From the UHGV virus genome UHGV-2167857: DNA of 27,935 bases; one strand, written 5' to 3'. The notes under the pieces were generated by a model, which had not been told where the DNA came from, did not search any database, and saw nothing but the letters and a program-made list of their open reading frames with translations. This document shows positions 17,324-26,282 of the stretch, piece after piece. This DNA is from a virus. Position numbers and translations under genes: made by a program. How positions within the stretch are numbered: position 1 is the first letter of the stretch; each line of letters opens with the position of its first letter.

Positions 17324-18310
17324 CTATTTAAGAATAAAACGGTATTTACTGTCAGGAGTGCTTTGCTGATCAAGTAGCAGTGAACGACATGGAGCAGTCA
17401 AAACCCGAGCATAACTACCATCAGGGCTTATGTTAATGTAACAAACCTTGCCCTTAACACTATAATTTTCGGGGACGGATGCCTTTGCTGATACAGTAAA
17501 TTTAAGGGTATGCCAGCCCGTTTTTTGCTTGTAGCTTGAAACCGAATGGAAATCATCTGAGTACTTATTTAACCCTGGAAACATGCTGCGCAGTGCGGGG
17601 ATGGAATCTTCTATTATTTTATTGTTGGTTTTAATGTTAAAAACGCTGGTTTCAGTAGAAGCTACTGCTTTGGCATTTCCCCATTTACCAGCGAACACAA
17701 TCATTCCCACGAAAAATATTGCTACAAGAACTAACACTCCCCCCAACACTACTACATGAGGCTTCCGGCTTCTGGTTGGTACAGTTGCGACTGATTTTGC
17801 ACCGCTTTCCGATGGAGGTGATAGAGTTTTACTCTCATCACGAATATTCAGCAGATCATCAAAATAACCAAACACAGCCTGCAACTGCTCTTTGTCTAGG
17901 CCTTTAAGATGGGTTGTACCGAAATGCTTCAGACAGTATCTGTCACGGTCAAGACGATACCCAGGGTCAGTAAGCGCCATTATTTTGCTGACCAGAAGAT
18001 TACAGTCCTTCATATTCTGGATCTGTTGTGCATATCTCTGAAGGATCTCAACCGCACCATGATAATCAGCCGCAGTCATTTCATTAACTGTTTTGGTATT
18101 AAGTTTCGTGTGGATCGTCATCCATAGCTCGCGCTTACTTTCCCCCAGATCAACCAATTCATCCATCAATCTGTGTAAATCGCGTTTTTGCAGCAACGAA
18201 ATTGGTTGCTGGGCCGAAGGAAGTATGTCAGCAGAATAGTTATGAATGGTAACATCACCGCTGACAACGTTACCCACATCCCCGTTAACTGTTTGCTTCT
18301 CTTTACTCAT
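17324..18310 (-). CDS. Bitopic membrane protein, unknown function (cargo; N-in/C-out predicted)
   Basis: 328 aa; start ATGA-overlaps the repressor stop. N-terminal soluble domain of about 175 aa, one TM (HVVVLGGVLVLVAIFFVGMIVFAGKW) with basic residues before it, then a C-terminal domain of about 125 aa; AT-rich. Confidence 0.5.
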   Translation of the reverse strand: MSKEKQTVNGDVGNVVSGDVTIHNYSADILPSAQQPISLLQKRDLHRLMDELVDLGESKRELWMTIHTKLNTKTVNEMTAADYHGAVEILQRYAQQIQNMKDCNLLVSKIMALTDPGYRLDRDRYCLKHFGTTHLKGLDKEQLQAVFGYFDDLLNIRDESKTLSPPSESGAKSVATVPTRSRKPHVVVLGGVLVLVAIFFVGMIVFAGKWGNAKAVASTETSVFNIKTNNKIIEDSIPALRSMFPGLNKYSDDFHSVSSYKQKTGWHTLKFTVSAKASVPENYSVKGKVCYINISPDGSYARVLTAPCRSLLLDQQSTPDSKYRFILK

Positions 18311-18768
18311 CTTCTCTTGGTATTTTTGTTCATTATTCCACCTGTTCCTATGGTTACGTTACCTTTGATAACATTCCCCAGAACATCTCCATGAATAACC
18401 TGTTCCGCCCGTTCTCTGGAGGAGCCAGTAGTCAAGGCCGACAAAACTGAACCTTTGACCTGTAATGGTGCCTGCCGGTAGTGCTGCAGTAACTCCATTT
18501 CATCACGTGATAAAGTTATACCTGATGACTCCCCGGTAAGAATGAACTGTACATTGGCCCCAATTCTTGCAAAGGCTGCAAGTAACTCACCTCCGGGAAC
18601 AGCAACCCCTCGTTCATATTTCCCCCACATTTCTCTTGAAACGCCACAAAGGGCTGCTACTTCAGCCTGCTTGAGTGATAACCGCGAACGCTCAGCTTTG
18701 AACCGCGACGCGCAAAGAGAATCAAAATTCACATAAACCTCATTGACAATGAGAACAATAGTTCTCAT
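18307..18768 (-). CDS. Prophage repressor, HTH (XRE/Cro-C1-type)
   Basis: N-terminal HTH (LSLKQAEVAALCGVSREMWGKYERG); divergent from the early operon across about 50 bp. True start may be an internal GTG. Confidence 0.7.
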   Translation of the reverse strand: MRTIVLIVNEVYVNFDSLCASRFKAERSRLSLKQAEVAALCGVSREMWGKYERGVAVPGGELLAAFARIGANVQFILTGESSGITLSRDEMELLQHYRQAPLQVKGSVLSALTTGSSRERAEQVIHGDVLGNVIKGNVTIGTGGIMNKNTKRR

Positions 18769-18818
18769 AATCTATCACATATAAAACAAACATCATTGCA
18801 TCAACAAAGGAGACAACA
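18769..18818. promoter_or_regulatory. Divergent repressor / early-operon promoter-operator region
   Basis: Only about 50 bp of AT-rich DNA between the repressor start and the Ner-like start (SD AAGGAG), so operators probably extend into flanking coding sequence. Confidence 0.4.
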
Positions 18819-19007
18819 ATGACTTCCGAACAAGTTAAAAATCTCTTCCGTCAGCGTGGTATCACGTTTACCCGCTGGGCCGAAGAACACGGCTACAGCC
18901 GCAATGAGGTCTATCGTGTTCTCAATGGACAGACCAAAGCTCGTTACGGCAAAGCCCATGAAATTGCCGTAAAACTGGGATTAAAACCCACGTCAAATGC
19001 GGCATAA
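18819..19007 (+). CDS. Ner-like small DNA-binding protein (first early gene)
   Basis: 62-aa basic protein with HTH-like core (FTRWAEEHGYSRNEVYRVLNG) in the Ner position. Similarity to Mu Ner is positional and loose. Confidence 0.5.
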   Translation: MTSEQVKNLFRQRGITFTRWAEEHGYSRNEVYRVLNGQTKARYGKAHEIAVKLGLKPTSNAA

Positions 19008-19059
19008 ATTTTCCACATATGCAACAGGTTATCACATATTGCAAAAATGGAAATGTGAC

Positions 19060-19368
19060 ATGAGTAAAGTAAATATTTCCAGTTCTGGGACCCGCATCCT
19101 ACGTGTACTCAAAGCTCTACGCGGTCATGCTCTGAACGGTGTTTCTAACGGTGAACTGGCATCAGCCCTGGGGGAGTCCCCAGCGAATATCAATCGAGCA
19201 CTTAATACCCTTATTGAAGAGGGACTGGCCATGAAATTAGAGAACGGACGTTTCGCACCGGGAATCCAGTTACTACAGATCGCCATGGCTCACAGTCACG
19301 AGATGGCGCGTGCACAGGATCGTATTAACGAAATCAACCAACGAGTTATTTCAGGTAGTCGTTTGTAA
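19060..19368 (+). CDS. Winged-helix DNA-binding protein (MarR/IclR-like HTH), unknown role
   Basis: The track ORF starts earlier; ATG at 19060 gives a 102-aa protein with a wHTH-like segment (ILRVLKALRGHALNGVSNGELASALGESPANINRALNTLIEEGLA). Confidence 0.45.
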   Translation: MSKVNISSSGTRILRVLKALRGHALNGVSNGELASALGESPANINRALNTLIEEGLAMKLENGRFAPGIQLLQIAMAHSHEMARAQDRINEINQRVISGSRL

Positions 19369-19378
19369 GGAGTAATCA

Positions 19379-20293
19379 ATGGGACGCACCAAATCACCCG
19401 TTAACACTGAACTGAATGTTGAGGTTCCGCTGTCAGATAACATCAATGTCAATTTGAACGCTATGACACAGCATCGCATGGAAATTATGCAGCAGTTTGG
19501 TGATGGACTGCCTTATGAACGTGATCGCATTGTTCACGAAGCACGTTTTTATATGGCGCAGAGTGCTGAATCTATGCTGGAAGCGGGTAAGCGGCTGATC
19601 ATCTTAAAAGAAAATGAGCCACACGGTGATTTTACAAACATTTTAGAAAATGAACTCGGACTTGCACCACAAGTTGCTCGCCGCATGATGCAAGCCAGTA
19701 TGAAGTTTTTGGGAGAAGGTGATGAGCCAACAAAACGCTCAACGTTGAGCGTTTTGGGGAAAGCCAAACTGTACGACCTGATGGTTCTGGATAATGAAGA
19801 ACTTGATGAATTGGCCGACGGCGGCACAGTTGCCGGCCTGACGCTTGACGACGTTGATCGCATGTCAGTACGTGAATTGCGTCAGGCCCTGCGCGAAGCG
19901 CGCGAAACCAACGCAGCACAACAGCGCGTACTCGCTGACAAAAATGAAAAAATAGACTCACTCTCCACCAGACTGGAGAAGAAATCCCGTATTCAGCCGC
20001 CTGAGCCTGATGAAGAGGTTAAGAAGCTGCGGGCGGAAGTGACAGCATTAGCGGTTGAGGCGGAATCTGCTATCGCCGTTCGACTGTCCAGCGCTTTTGA
20101 GACGCTGTGCGCATATTGTGCTGAAAACATGATTGATACCCCCAGAGACTTCATGGCAGGCCTGGTCTGTCAACTGGAAAGCACAGCGCGTAGCCTGCGC
20201 TCCACATTTGACCTGCCGGATGAGCCAACAGGCAATGCCGCGCCTTCATGGCTGACTGAGCCGACGCCACAGATTAACGGGCTGGAGGCATAA
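19379..20293 (+). CDS. Hypothetical acidic coiled-coil early protein
   Basis: 304-aa ORF between the wHTH gene and the transposase, tightly spaced in the early operon; no recognisable catalytic motif. Confidence 0.5.
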   Translation: MGRTKSPVNTELNVEVPLSDNINVNLNAMTQHRMEIMQQFGDGLPYERDRIVHEARFYMAQSAESMLEAGKRLIILKENEPHGDFTNILENELGLAPQVARRMMQASMKFLGEGDEPTKRSTLSVLGKAKLYDLMVLDNEELDELADGGTVAGLTLDDVDRMSVRELRQALREARETNAAQQRVLADKNEKIDSLSTRLEKKSRIQPPEPDEEVKKLRAEVTALAVEAESAIAVRLSSAFETLCAYCAENMIDTPRDFMAGLVCQLESTARSLRSTFDLPDEPTGNAAPSWLTEPTPQINGLEA

Positions 20294-20296
20294 CCA

Positions 20297-22066
20297 ATGA
20301 ATGCTGCCCTGACTGAACGACTGGTTTATGTCGCCCGCGCGGCACGTGACGCGGGGCATGGTAAACGCGGTGCAATATACGACGCTGCCTGTGCTGAACT
20401 TGGCATGTCCCGCGCCACTCTGCTGCGCAGGCTGAAGGAGGTCTCTGTGACTGATAAACGCAAAAAACGCGCTGATGCCGGACGCAGCGCCCTGACCCGC
20501 GACGAAGCCGCGCTGATATCTGCCACACTGCGTGAGGCCACCCGCAAGAACGGTAAACGCCTCTATTCCATCGCAGATGCAGTGGAAACCCTGCGGGCTA
20601 ACGGCTTTATCACCGCAGGCAGAACAGATGAAACCACCGGTGAGTTTTTCCCGTTGTCTGAAGATGCCATCAGCCGTGCTCTGCGTAACTATGGCCTGCA
20701 CCCGGAACAACTGGATGCTCCTGCACCGCATACCGAAGTGGCCAGTCTGCACCCCAATCATGTCTGGCAGATTGACGCCTCACTCTGCACGCTTTACTAC
20801 CTGAGCAATGGACATAAAGGGCTGCAGGTGATGGACAGCGCGAAGTTCTACAAGAACAAGCCCGCTAACCTTGCCCGTATCGCCAGTGACCGCGTGTGGA
20901 GTTACGAGATTACCGACCATGCCAGCGGCTGGATTTACGTTGAGTATGTGACGGGCGCGGAATCAGGTGAGAACCTGTGTTCTGTGCTTATCAACGCCAT
21001 GCAGGAGCGTGGCGGCGCAGACGTGCTGCACGGCGTGCCGAAAATACTCTATCTCGACCCCGGCTCGGCAAACACCGCGGGTATGACGAAAAACATGTGC
21101 CGCTCACTGGGCATCGACCTGATAGCGCACAAGCCGCATAACGCCCGCGCCACCGGACAGGTGGAAAAGGCGCGGGACATTATCGAACGCAAGCTGGAGC
21201 CGGGTCTGAAGTTCCGGCCGGTTCACAGTCTGGAAGAACTCAATGCGCTGGCCGCGAAATGGCGCAGCCACTTTAACGCCACGGCTGTTCACAGCCGCCA
21301 CGGTAAAACCCGCACGGATATCTGGCTGAAGATTACTGCTGAGCAGCTGAAAAAAGCGCCTTCCGTTGAGGTATGTCGTGAACTGGCTGTGGCGGCACCA
21401 GAACTCCGCAAAGTCACGCCAAAACTTCGTGTCTCGTTCCGGGGCACTGAATTTGACGTATCAACGGTACCGGGCGTACTGGTCGGTGAAAAACTGATGA
21501 TTACCCGTAACCCGTGGCGCAGCGATGTGGCACAGGTGGTTCTGACCGGTGAGGACGGCCACGAGACGTTCTTCCTGGTCGAAGAAGTCAGAAAGAACGA
21601 GTTTGGCTTTGCTGAAGGCGCGGCGGTATTTGGCGAAAGTTACAAAGCCCTGCCGGAAACCCCGGCGCAGATGGCGGCAAAAGAAACCGAAGCGCTGGTC
21701 ACCGGTACAGACAACGCCGCAGATGCAGCTGCCGCACGCAAGGCGAAGGCGCTGCCGTTCGGCGGGCGGCTTGACCCATATAAACATATTGATGACGCCA
21801 CACTTCCGGCCTATATGCCGAAGCGAGGTCAGGCCTCTGACGTACGCGGGCCGCGCACTGAACAACGTCCCATGACTCATGTGGAGGCCGCGAAAGCCCT
21901 GCGCGATAAGTTCAGCGCCGACGGCCTTACCTGGACGCCGGAACATTACCGCCAGTTAACGGCACAGTATCCGGACGGCGTACCGGAAGCCGCACTGGAT
22001 GAAGTCATGGCCACGCTGACCACGCCGGCCCGCAGCAGCGTTATCAGCATTGTTAACGGCAACTGA
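20297..22066 (+). CDS. DDE transposase, rve/integrase-core type (phage transposase A analogue)
   Basis: 589 aa. N-terminal HTH-like region, then candidate catalytic acidic residues in HVWQIDAS, LYLDPGS and ATGQVEKARDIIE. Shorter than and unlike MuA; paired with a downstream ATPase. Confidence 0.85.
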   Translation: MNAALTERLVYVARAARDAGHGKRGAIYDAACAELGMSRATLLRRLKEVSVTDKRKKRADAGRSALTRDEAALISATLREATRKNGKRLYSIADAVETLRANGFITAGRTDETTGEFFPLSEDAISRALRNYGLHPEQLDAPAPHTEVASLHPNHVWQIDASLCTLYYLSNGHKGLQVMDSAKFYKNKPANLARIASDRVWSYEITDHASGWIYVEYVTGAESGENLCSVLINAMQERGGADVLHGVPKILYLDPGSANTAGMTKNMCRSLGIDLIAHKPHNARATGQVEKARDIIERKLEPGLKFRPVHSLEELNALAAKWRSHFNATAVHSRHGKTRTDIWLKITAEQLKKAPSVEVCRELAVAAPELRKVTPKLRVSFRGTEFDVSTVPGVLVGEKLMITRNPWRSDVAQVVLTGEDGHETFFLVEEVRKNEFGFAEGAAVFGESYKALPETPAQMAAKETEALVTGTDNAADAAAARKAKALPFGGRLDPYKHIDDATLPAYMPKRGQASDVRGPRTEQRPMTHVEAAKALRDKFSADGLTWTPEHYRQLTAQYPDGVPEAALDEVMATLTTPARSSVISIVNGN

Positions 22067-22076
22067 GGAGGGATAC

Positions 22077-23243
22077 ATGCTGGTACTGAAGCAGCAACTG
22101 AAAGAGGCCCGTATTCCACAGGCGGTGGTGGCGAGAGCTGTCGATGTTTCTGAGGCCACGCTGGCCCAGATTGTGAATCATAACGCGTGGCCCCGCACCA
22201 GCCCCGGAGAAGTGCGCCGGCGTCTTGCGTCCTGGCTGGAAAGTCAGGGGATTGATACAACGAAGAGTTTTGATGCTGTACAGGGCGCGGCCACGCCCCG
22301 TACAGCGGGTACCACAGATAAAACGAGCCTCAGTGAGGAAGAGAATATGTTACTCAAAAAACAGGTGTTATTTCCAGCAACCAAAAAAGCGTTTGGTCTT
22401 TTCCGTGACCCGTTCGCCGACGAAGCCATGCAGGGTTCTGATGATGTGTTCACCACCCCGGACATTCGCTACGTGCGTGAGGCGCTGTACCAGACAGCCC
22501 GTCATGGTGGGTTTATGGCCGTCATCGGTGAGTCCGGTGCGGGTAAATCCACGCTGCGCCGCGACCTGACTGAACGTATCAACCGCGAGAATGCGCCGGT
22601 AATTGTTATCGAGCCATACATCATCGCTATGGAAGACAACGATGTGAAAGGGAAAACCCTGAAGGCAGCAGCTATTGCCGAAGCCATTATCAGTACCATC
22701 GCACCACTGGAAAGCATCAGACGCAGTCAGGACGCCCGTTTTCGCCAGTTGCATCGCGTCCTGAAAGACAGCAGCCAGGCGGGGTTCAGCCACGTTCTGG
22801 TGATTGAGGAGGCCCACAGTCTGCCCATTCCGACACTGAAACACCTCAAACGCTTTTTTGAGCTGGAGTCCGGTTTCAAAAAACTGCTGTCCATCGTGCT
22901 GATTGGCCAGCCGGAACTGGCGACAAAACTGTCTGAACGCAATATGGAAGTCCGTGAAGTCGTTCAGCGCTGTGAGGTGGTCGAACTTCTGCCTCTGGAC
23001 AATAACCTTGAAGAGTTTCTGACGTTCAAACTGCAACGGGCCGGTAAACAACTGACGGACATTATGGACGCCAGCGCAGTGGATGCCATACGTGCCCGCC
23101 TGAGCAATCCGGGAAGTCATCGTAAAAATATGGTCAGCCTGCTGTATCCGCTGGCCGTCAGTAACCTGGTAATAGCCGCCATGAATCTGGCCGCTGAAAT
23201 CGGGGTTCCACAGGTCAACGCTGACGTTGTCAAAGGGGTTTAA
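22077..23243 (+). CDS. Transposition ATPase (Mu B-type target-DNA activator)
   Basis: Start at ATG 22077 with GGAGG upstream. N-terminal HTH-like segment, Walker A GESGAGKST, Walker B-like HVLVIEEAH. Confidence 0.8.
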   Translation: MLVLKQQLKEARIPQAVVARAVDVSEATLAQIVNHNAWPRTSPGEVRRRLASWLESQGIDTTKSFDAVQGAATPRTAGTTDKTSLSEEENMLLKKQVLFPATKKAFGLFRDPFADEAMQGSDDVFTTPDIRYVREALYQTARHGGFMAVIGESGAGKSTLRRDLTERINRENAPVIVIEPYIIAMEDNDVKGKTLKAAAIAEAIISTIAPLESIRRSQDARFRQLHRVLKDSSQAGFSHVLVIEEAHSLPIPTLKHLKRFFELESGFKKLLSIVLIGQPELATKLSERNMEVREVVQRCEVVELLPLDNNLEEFLTFKLQRAGKQLTDIMDASAVDAIRARLSNPGSHRKNMVSLLYPLAVSNLVIAAMNLAAEIGVPQVNADVVKGV

Positions 23244-23245
23244 TA

Positions 23246-23515
23246 ATGAAATCCACCACAGGTATCAACCAGCAAATCAGCAAAGTGCAGTCAGCCATTA
23301 TGGCGCTTAAGGCGACGAACACGGATGTACAAAGCATCACCATCAGGGGTAACAAACCTGTCATCCGCGTTTCCCGGAGTGCGCATTGCATGCGCATGCT
23401 TGAGCAGGGAAAGGCCTGTTATCTGTATACCGGACATGACCACAGGGGATATTTCCGTCAGGGCGTTTTCGAACTGCACGGCTGTCGCGTCGTGTGGCCG
23501 GAATCTTTGTGGTAA
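23246..23515 (+). CDS. Hypothetical early protein
   Basis: 89-aa ORF 2 nt after the ATPase stop; no recognisable motif. Confidence 0.4.
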   Translation: MKSTTGINQQISKVQSAIMALKATNTDVQSITIRGNKPVIRVSRSAHCMRMLEQGKACYLYTGHDHRGYFRQGVFELHGCRVVWPESLW

Positions 23516-23542
23516 TCAGCACAACTGGAGAAATCATAAAAA

Positions 23543-24073
23543 ATGGCAAAAAGTACAAAAGGTGCAAAACGTATCAAGGCCGCAGCAGCACTCTGGGTGC
23601 CGGGGACACGTGAAGAGGTCATTGAGGGAATCAGACTACTCGGTGACGCACAACGTGAACTGGTCAGGGCTGAAACAGAAATGAATGACGCCATTGGCGA
23701 TATCACCGCACGTTATGCCCCGCTCACCGAGAGCCTGAAAAAACGCATGGCCGAACTGCAGTCCGGTATTCAGACATGGTGTGAGGCACACCGTGATGAA
23801 CTGACCGGCAACGGGAAGGTGAAGTTCGCTAACCTCACCACCGGCGAGGTGCAGTGGCGAAACCGTCCGCCATCAGTCAGTATCCGTGGGGCGGATAATG
23901 TTATTGAATTACTGAGACGTCTGGGGCTTGAGCGCTTTATTCGTGTAAAAGAGGAAATAAATAAAGACGCTATCCTGAATGAAAAAGAGGCCGTGAAAAA
24001 TATTCCCGGTATTTCCATTAAAAGCGACATTGAGGATTTTTCAATAATTCCTTTTGAGCAGGATGTGCAGTAA
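23543..24073 (+). CDS. gam: Gam-like host-nuclease inhibitor / DNA-end-binding protein
   Basis: 176 aa, closely resembling Mu Gam as I recall it (TGEVQWRNRPPSVSIRGADNVIELLRRLGLERFIRVKEEINKDAIL, C-terminal EDFSIIPFEQ). Confidence 0.85.
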   Translation: MAKSTKGAKRIKAAAALWVPGTREEVIEGIRLLGDAQRELVRAETEMNDAIGDITARYAPLTESLKKRMAELQSGIQTWCEAHRDELTGNGKVKFANLTTGEVQWRNRPPSVSIRGADNVIELLRRLGLERFIRVKEEINKDAILNEKEAVKNIPGISIKSDIEDFSIIPFEQDVQ

Positions 24074-24170
24074 ACACACCACGTTAATTATTTAATAAAA
24101 ACATTTTCTTTTTTATTCCGACGTCAGCGCCGCGGGCTTCTGCACGCCGGAAACAGAGGAGAATTAAATC

Positions 24171-24365
24171 ATGATATTTAAATGTATTCAGTGCGAGAGG
24201 GATATAACAGCCCTGCGTTTTCACAGCGCCATCGCCGTGATGTCCGGTAAATACCACATCCCTGCGGTACGCGTCACCCTGGTCTGCCCGTACTGCAGCC
24301 AGCATTTTTCGGCAGACGTGCCCGTCATGGAATTCTCCCGCCCTGACAGGGAGGACTCGCAATGA
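24171..24365 (+). CDS. Small zinc-ribbon-like protein
   Basis: 64 aa with two CxxC pairs (CIQC ... CPYC); SD GAGGAG upstream; stop overlaps the next start. Confidence 0.4.
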   Translation: MIFKCIQCERDITALRFHSAIAVMSGKYHIPAVRVTLVCPYCSQHFSADVPVMEFSRPDREDSQ

Positions 24366-24634
24366 TTACCCCACAGGAAGCACGACAGCGCACCCGAACC
24401 CTTGTTGAACACTATGTCAACGAGTGTGAATGCCGCGACCTCACCGATGTGAAGCACGTCCTGACGGCGCTAATCAGCATGACCGCTCAGGCCATTGTGG
24501 CGACCAACGGAAAGGCGGCTGCCCTGCAGGTACTGGTGAACACACTCACCCACACGGCAGAGCATGAGGTGCCGTACCGGATGGAAACCACTGCAGAAGG
24601 CGGCCTGCACATCACCGTCAGCCGGAAGCACTGA
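24362..24634 (+). CDS. Hypothetical early protein
   Basis: 90-aa ORF, ATGA-coupled to the upstream gene. Confidence 0.4.
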   Translation: MITPQEARQRTRTLVEHYVNECECRDLTDVKHVLTALISMTAQAIVATNGKAAALQVLVNTLTHTAEHEVPYRMETTAEGGLHITVSRKH

Positions 24635-24643
24635 GGGCGCGGC

Positions 24644-24940
24644 ATGACACGGAACACCATACTCACCCGCACCGCCCTCTACCGTCTGGCCCTGCAGCGT
24701 TTCGGGCCGGACGCACAGGCCCTGAAACTGACAGAAGAGGCCGCTGAACTGGCGGCCAGTGCTGCCCGCAATCTGAACGGACAGGGCAGCGAAAGTGACC
24801 TCGCGGCAGAGCTGGCAGACGTGGAAATCATGACAGAGCAACTGCGCCTTCAGGGGATGGACCGGCTGATTGACTTCCACAAACAGAAAAAACTGGAACG
24901 TCTGGCTGCACGACTGGGCGTGATTTACACGAACGAGTAA
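24644..24940 (+). CDS. MazG-like all-alpha NTP pyrophosphohydrolase (putative)
   Basis: 98 aa with the two-motif pattern of small MazG/HisE-like enzymes: EEAAELAASAAR, then about 15 residues, then DLAAELADVEIM. Confidence 0.5.
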   Translation: MTRNTILTRTALYRLALQRFGPDAQALKLTEEAAELAASAARNLNGQGSESDLAAELADVEIMTEQLRLQGMDRLIDFHKQKKLERLAARLGVIYTNE

Positions 24941-24954
24941 CCGGGAGGCATTCA

Positions 24955-25170
24955 ATGGCTGACATACTCAGGGAAATCACCGCATGGACACTGATTCTTA
25001 CTGGCCTGGCGACATGCCTCAGTGCGGGGGCAGCCCTGGCTGCCCTGCTGATGCACATAACAACACAGTGGTTATGGGAAAAGCTTAAAGCAGCATACAG
25101 CCTGAAAGAGCTGTCCGACGCTGTCCGGGCATGGAAACGGCAGAAAAATACCGGAGATACAGAACAATGA
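24955..25170 (+). CDS. Small membrane protein
   Basis: 71 aa with one TM helix (ITAWTLILTGLATCLSAGAALAALLM); stop overlaps the next start. Confidence 0.4.
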   Translation: MADILREITAWTLILTGLATCLSAGAALAALLMHITTQWLWEKLKAAYSLKELSDAVRAWKRQKNTGDTEQ

Positions 25171-25850
25171 CAGACCAGAATAAACACATTGAGAAACTGA
25201 AAAAGTTGCTGGCGCTGGCCGCATCCGGCAACCCGCACGAGGCCGCTCTGGCACTGCGCCGAGCCCGTAAACTGATGGATGTTCACGGCATCACACATTC
25301 CGACATTGCTATGAGTGATATTGATGAAACCATCAGTCATTACTGGCCGACAGGCAGTCTCCGTCCACCGCGCTACATGCTGGGCCTGATGAACATCATC
25401 CGCGAGGCATTTGGTGTTAACTCCATCATTCACCCCGGCACGCATCCGTCTGTGGGGTTCTACGGTAACCGGGAACGAGCGGCACTGGCTGCGTACACCT
25501 GGGAAGTGCTGGTCCGCCAACTGAAAAAGGCGCGTCAGCAGTATATCAGCGCACAGAACAAAAGAATAAAAAACGCCACCCGTACCAGCCGTGGAAACCA
25601 GTTTGCTGAAGGCTGGGTACTGGCCGTTATCAGTGAAATACAGTCCTTTGCCCTGACCGATGATGAGCGTGAACTGATGCAACAGTGGCTGGAACATAAA
25701 TACCCGCAAACGCAAACCACCAGGGCGCGTAAACCGGGAAGAAGCCGCAATGGCGACGCCTCGCGCTATGCGGGGTTTCGTGAAGGGCAGAACGTCAGAC
25801 TGCACCGCCCGGTCAGTGGGCAGGAACAACAGAAACTGGAGGCCAGATGA
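25167..25850 (+). CDS. Hypothetical early protein
   Basis: Start at ATG 25167 with GGAGA upstream; N-terminal IEKLKKLLALAASGNPHEAALALRRARKLM helix-rich segment, basic C-terminus. Confidence 0.5.
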   Translation: MTDQNKHIEKLKKLLALAASGNPHEAALALRRARKLMDVHGITHSDIAMSDIDETISHYWPTGSLRPPRYMLGLMNIIREAFGVNSIIHPGTHPSVGFYGNRERAALAAYTWEVLVRQLKKARQQYISAQNKRIKNATRTSRGNQFAEGWVLAVISEIQSFALTDDERELMQQWLEHKYPQTQTTRARKPGRSRNGDASRYAGFREGQNVRLHRPVSGQEQQKLEAR

Positions 25851-26077
25851 TTACGCTATCAGGTAACAGCCGGAAATTAAAAGCCTGCCGAATATCTGCC
25901 AGATACCTTTTTGCCCGCGCCTTTTTTAAGAACGTCAGGCCGGGGATCACAATTGGTGTTATTGCCGGACGCGAACAGGTTGAAAAATACATGTCAGGTG
26001 CATGGTGGAATAACGACCCTGTCATTGCTGCCCGTAATATTCATATCAGTTGGGGGGATATTCAGAATGACGGCTGA
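25847..26077 (+). CDS. Hypothetical small protein
   Basis: 76-aa ORF ATGA-coupled to the upstream gene. Confidence 0.35.
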   Translation: MITLSGNSRKLKACRISARYLFARAFFKNVRPGITIGVIAGREQVEKYMSGAWWNNDPVIAARNIHISWGDIQNDG

Positions 26078-26282
26078 ATCTGTTGTATGTGCCCTGTTCT
26101 GGTATTGTTTTGCCGGTTGGTGTACTGCTGAACTGCACCGCCGTTCAGGGTTTTATTCACGTTACAGTGGTGCCGGCTACTGGATTAGCTGGTCGGTGAT
26201 GTTCCTGTGCTGGCCTGTGGCGCTTCCTTTATATGTCGATTATATCGGTGGCGCAGGTAAAAGGAGCAACGATGATGACTAA
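26067..26282 (+). CDS. Small membrane protein
   Basis: Internal ATG at 26067 gives a 71-aa protein with two hydrophobic, Trp/Cys-rich helices. Confidence 0.4.
   Translation: MTAESVVCALFWYCFAGWCTAELHRRSGFYSRYSGAGYWISWSVMFLCWPVALPLYVDYIGGAGKRSNDDD

Noticed and set aside
22368-23120. 250-aa minus-strand ORF
   Set aside because: Antisense to the B-type ATPase gene, which carries the Walker A motif and sits in the early operon.
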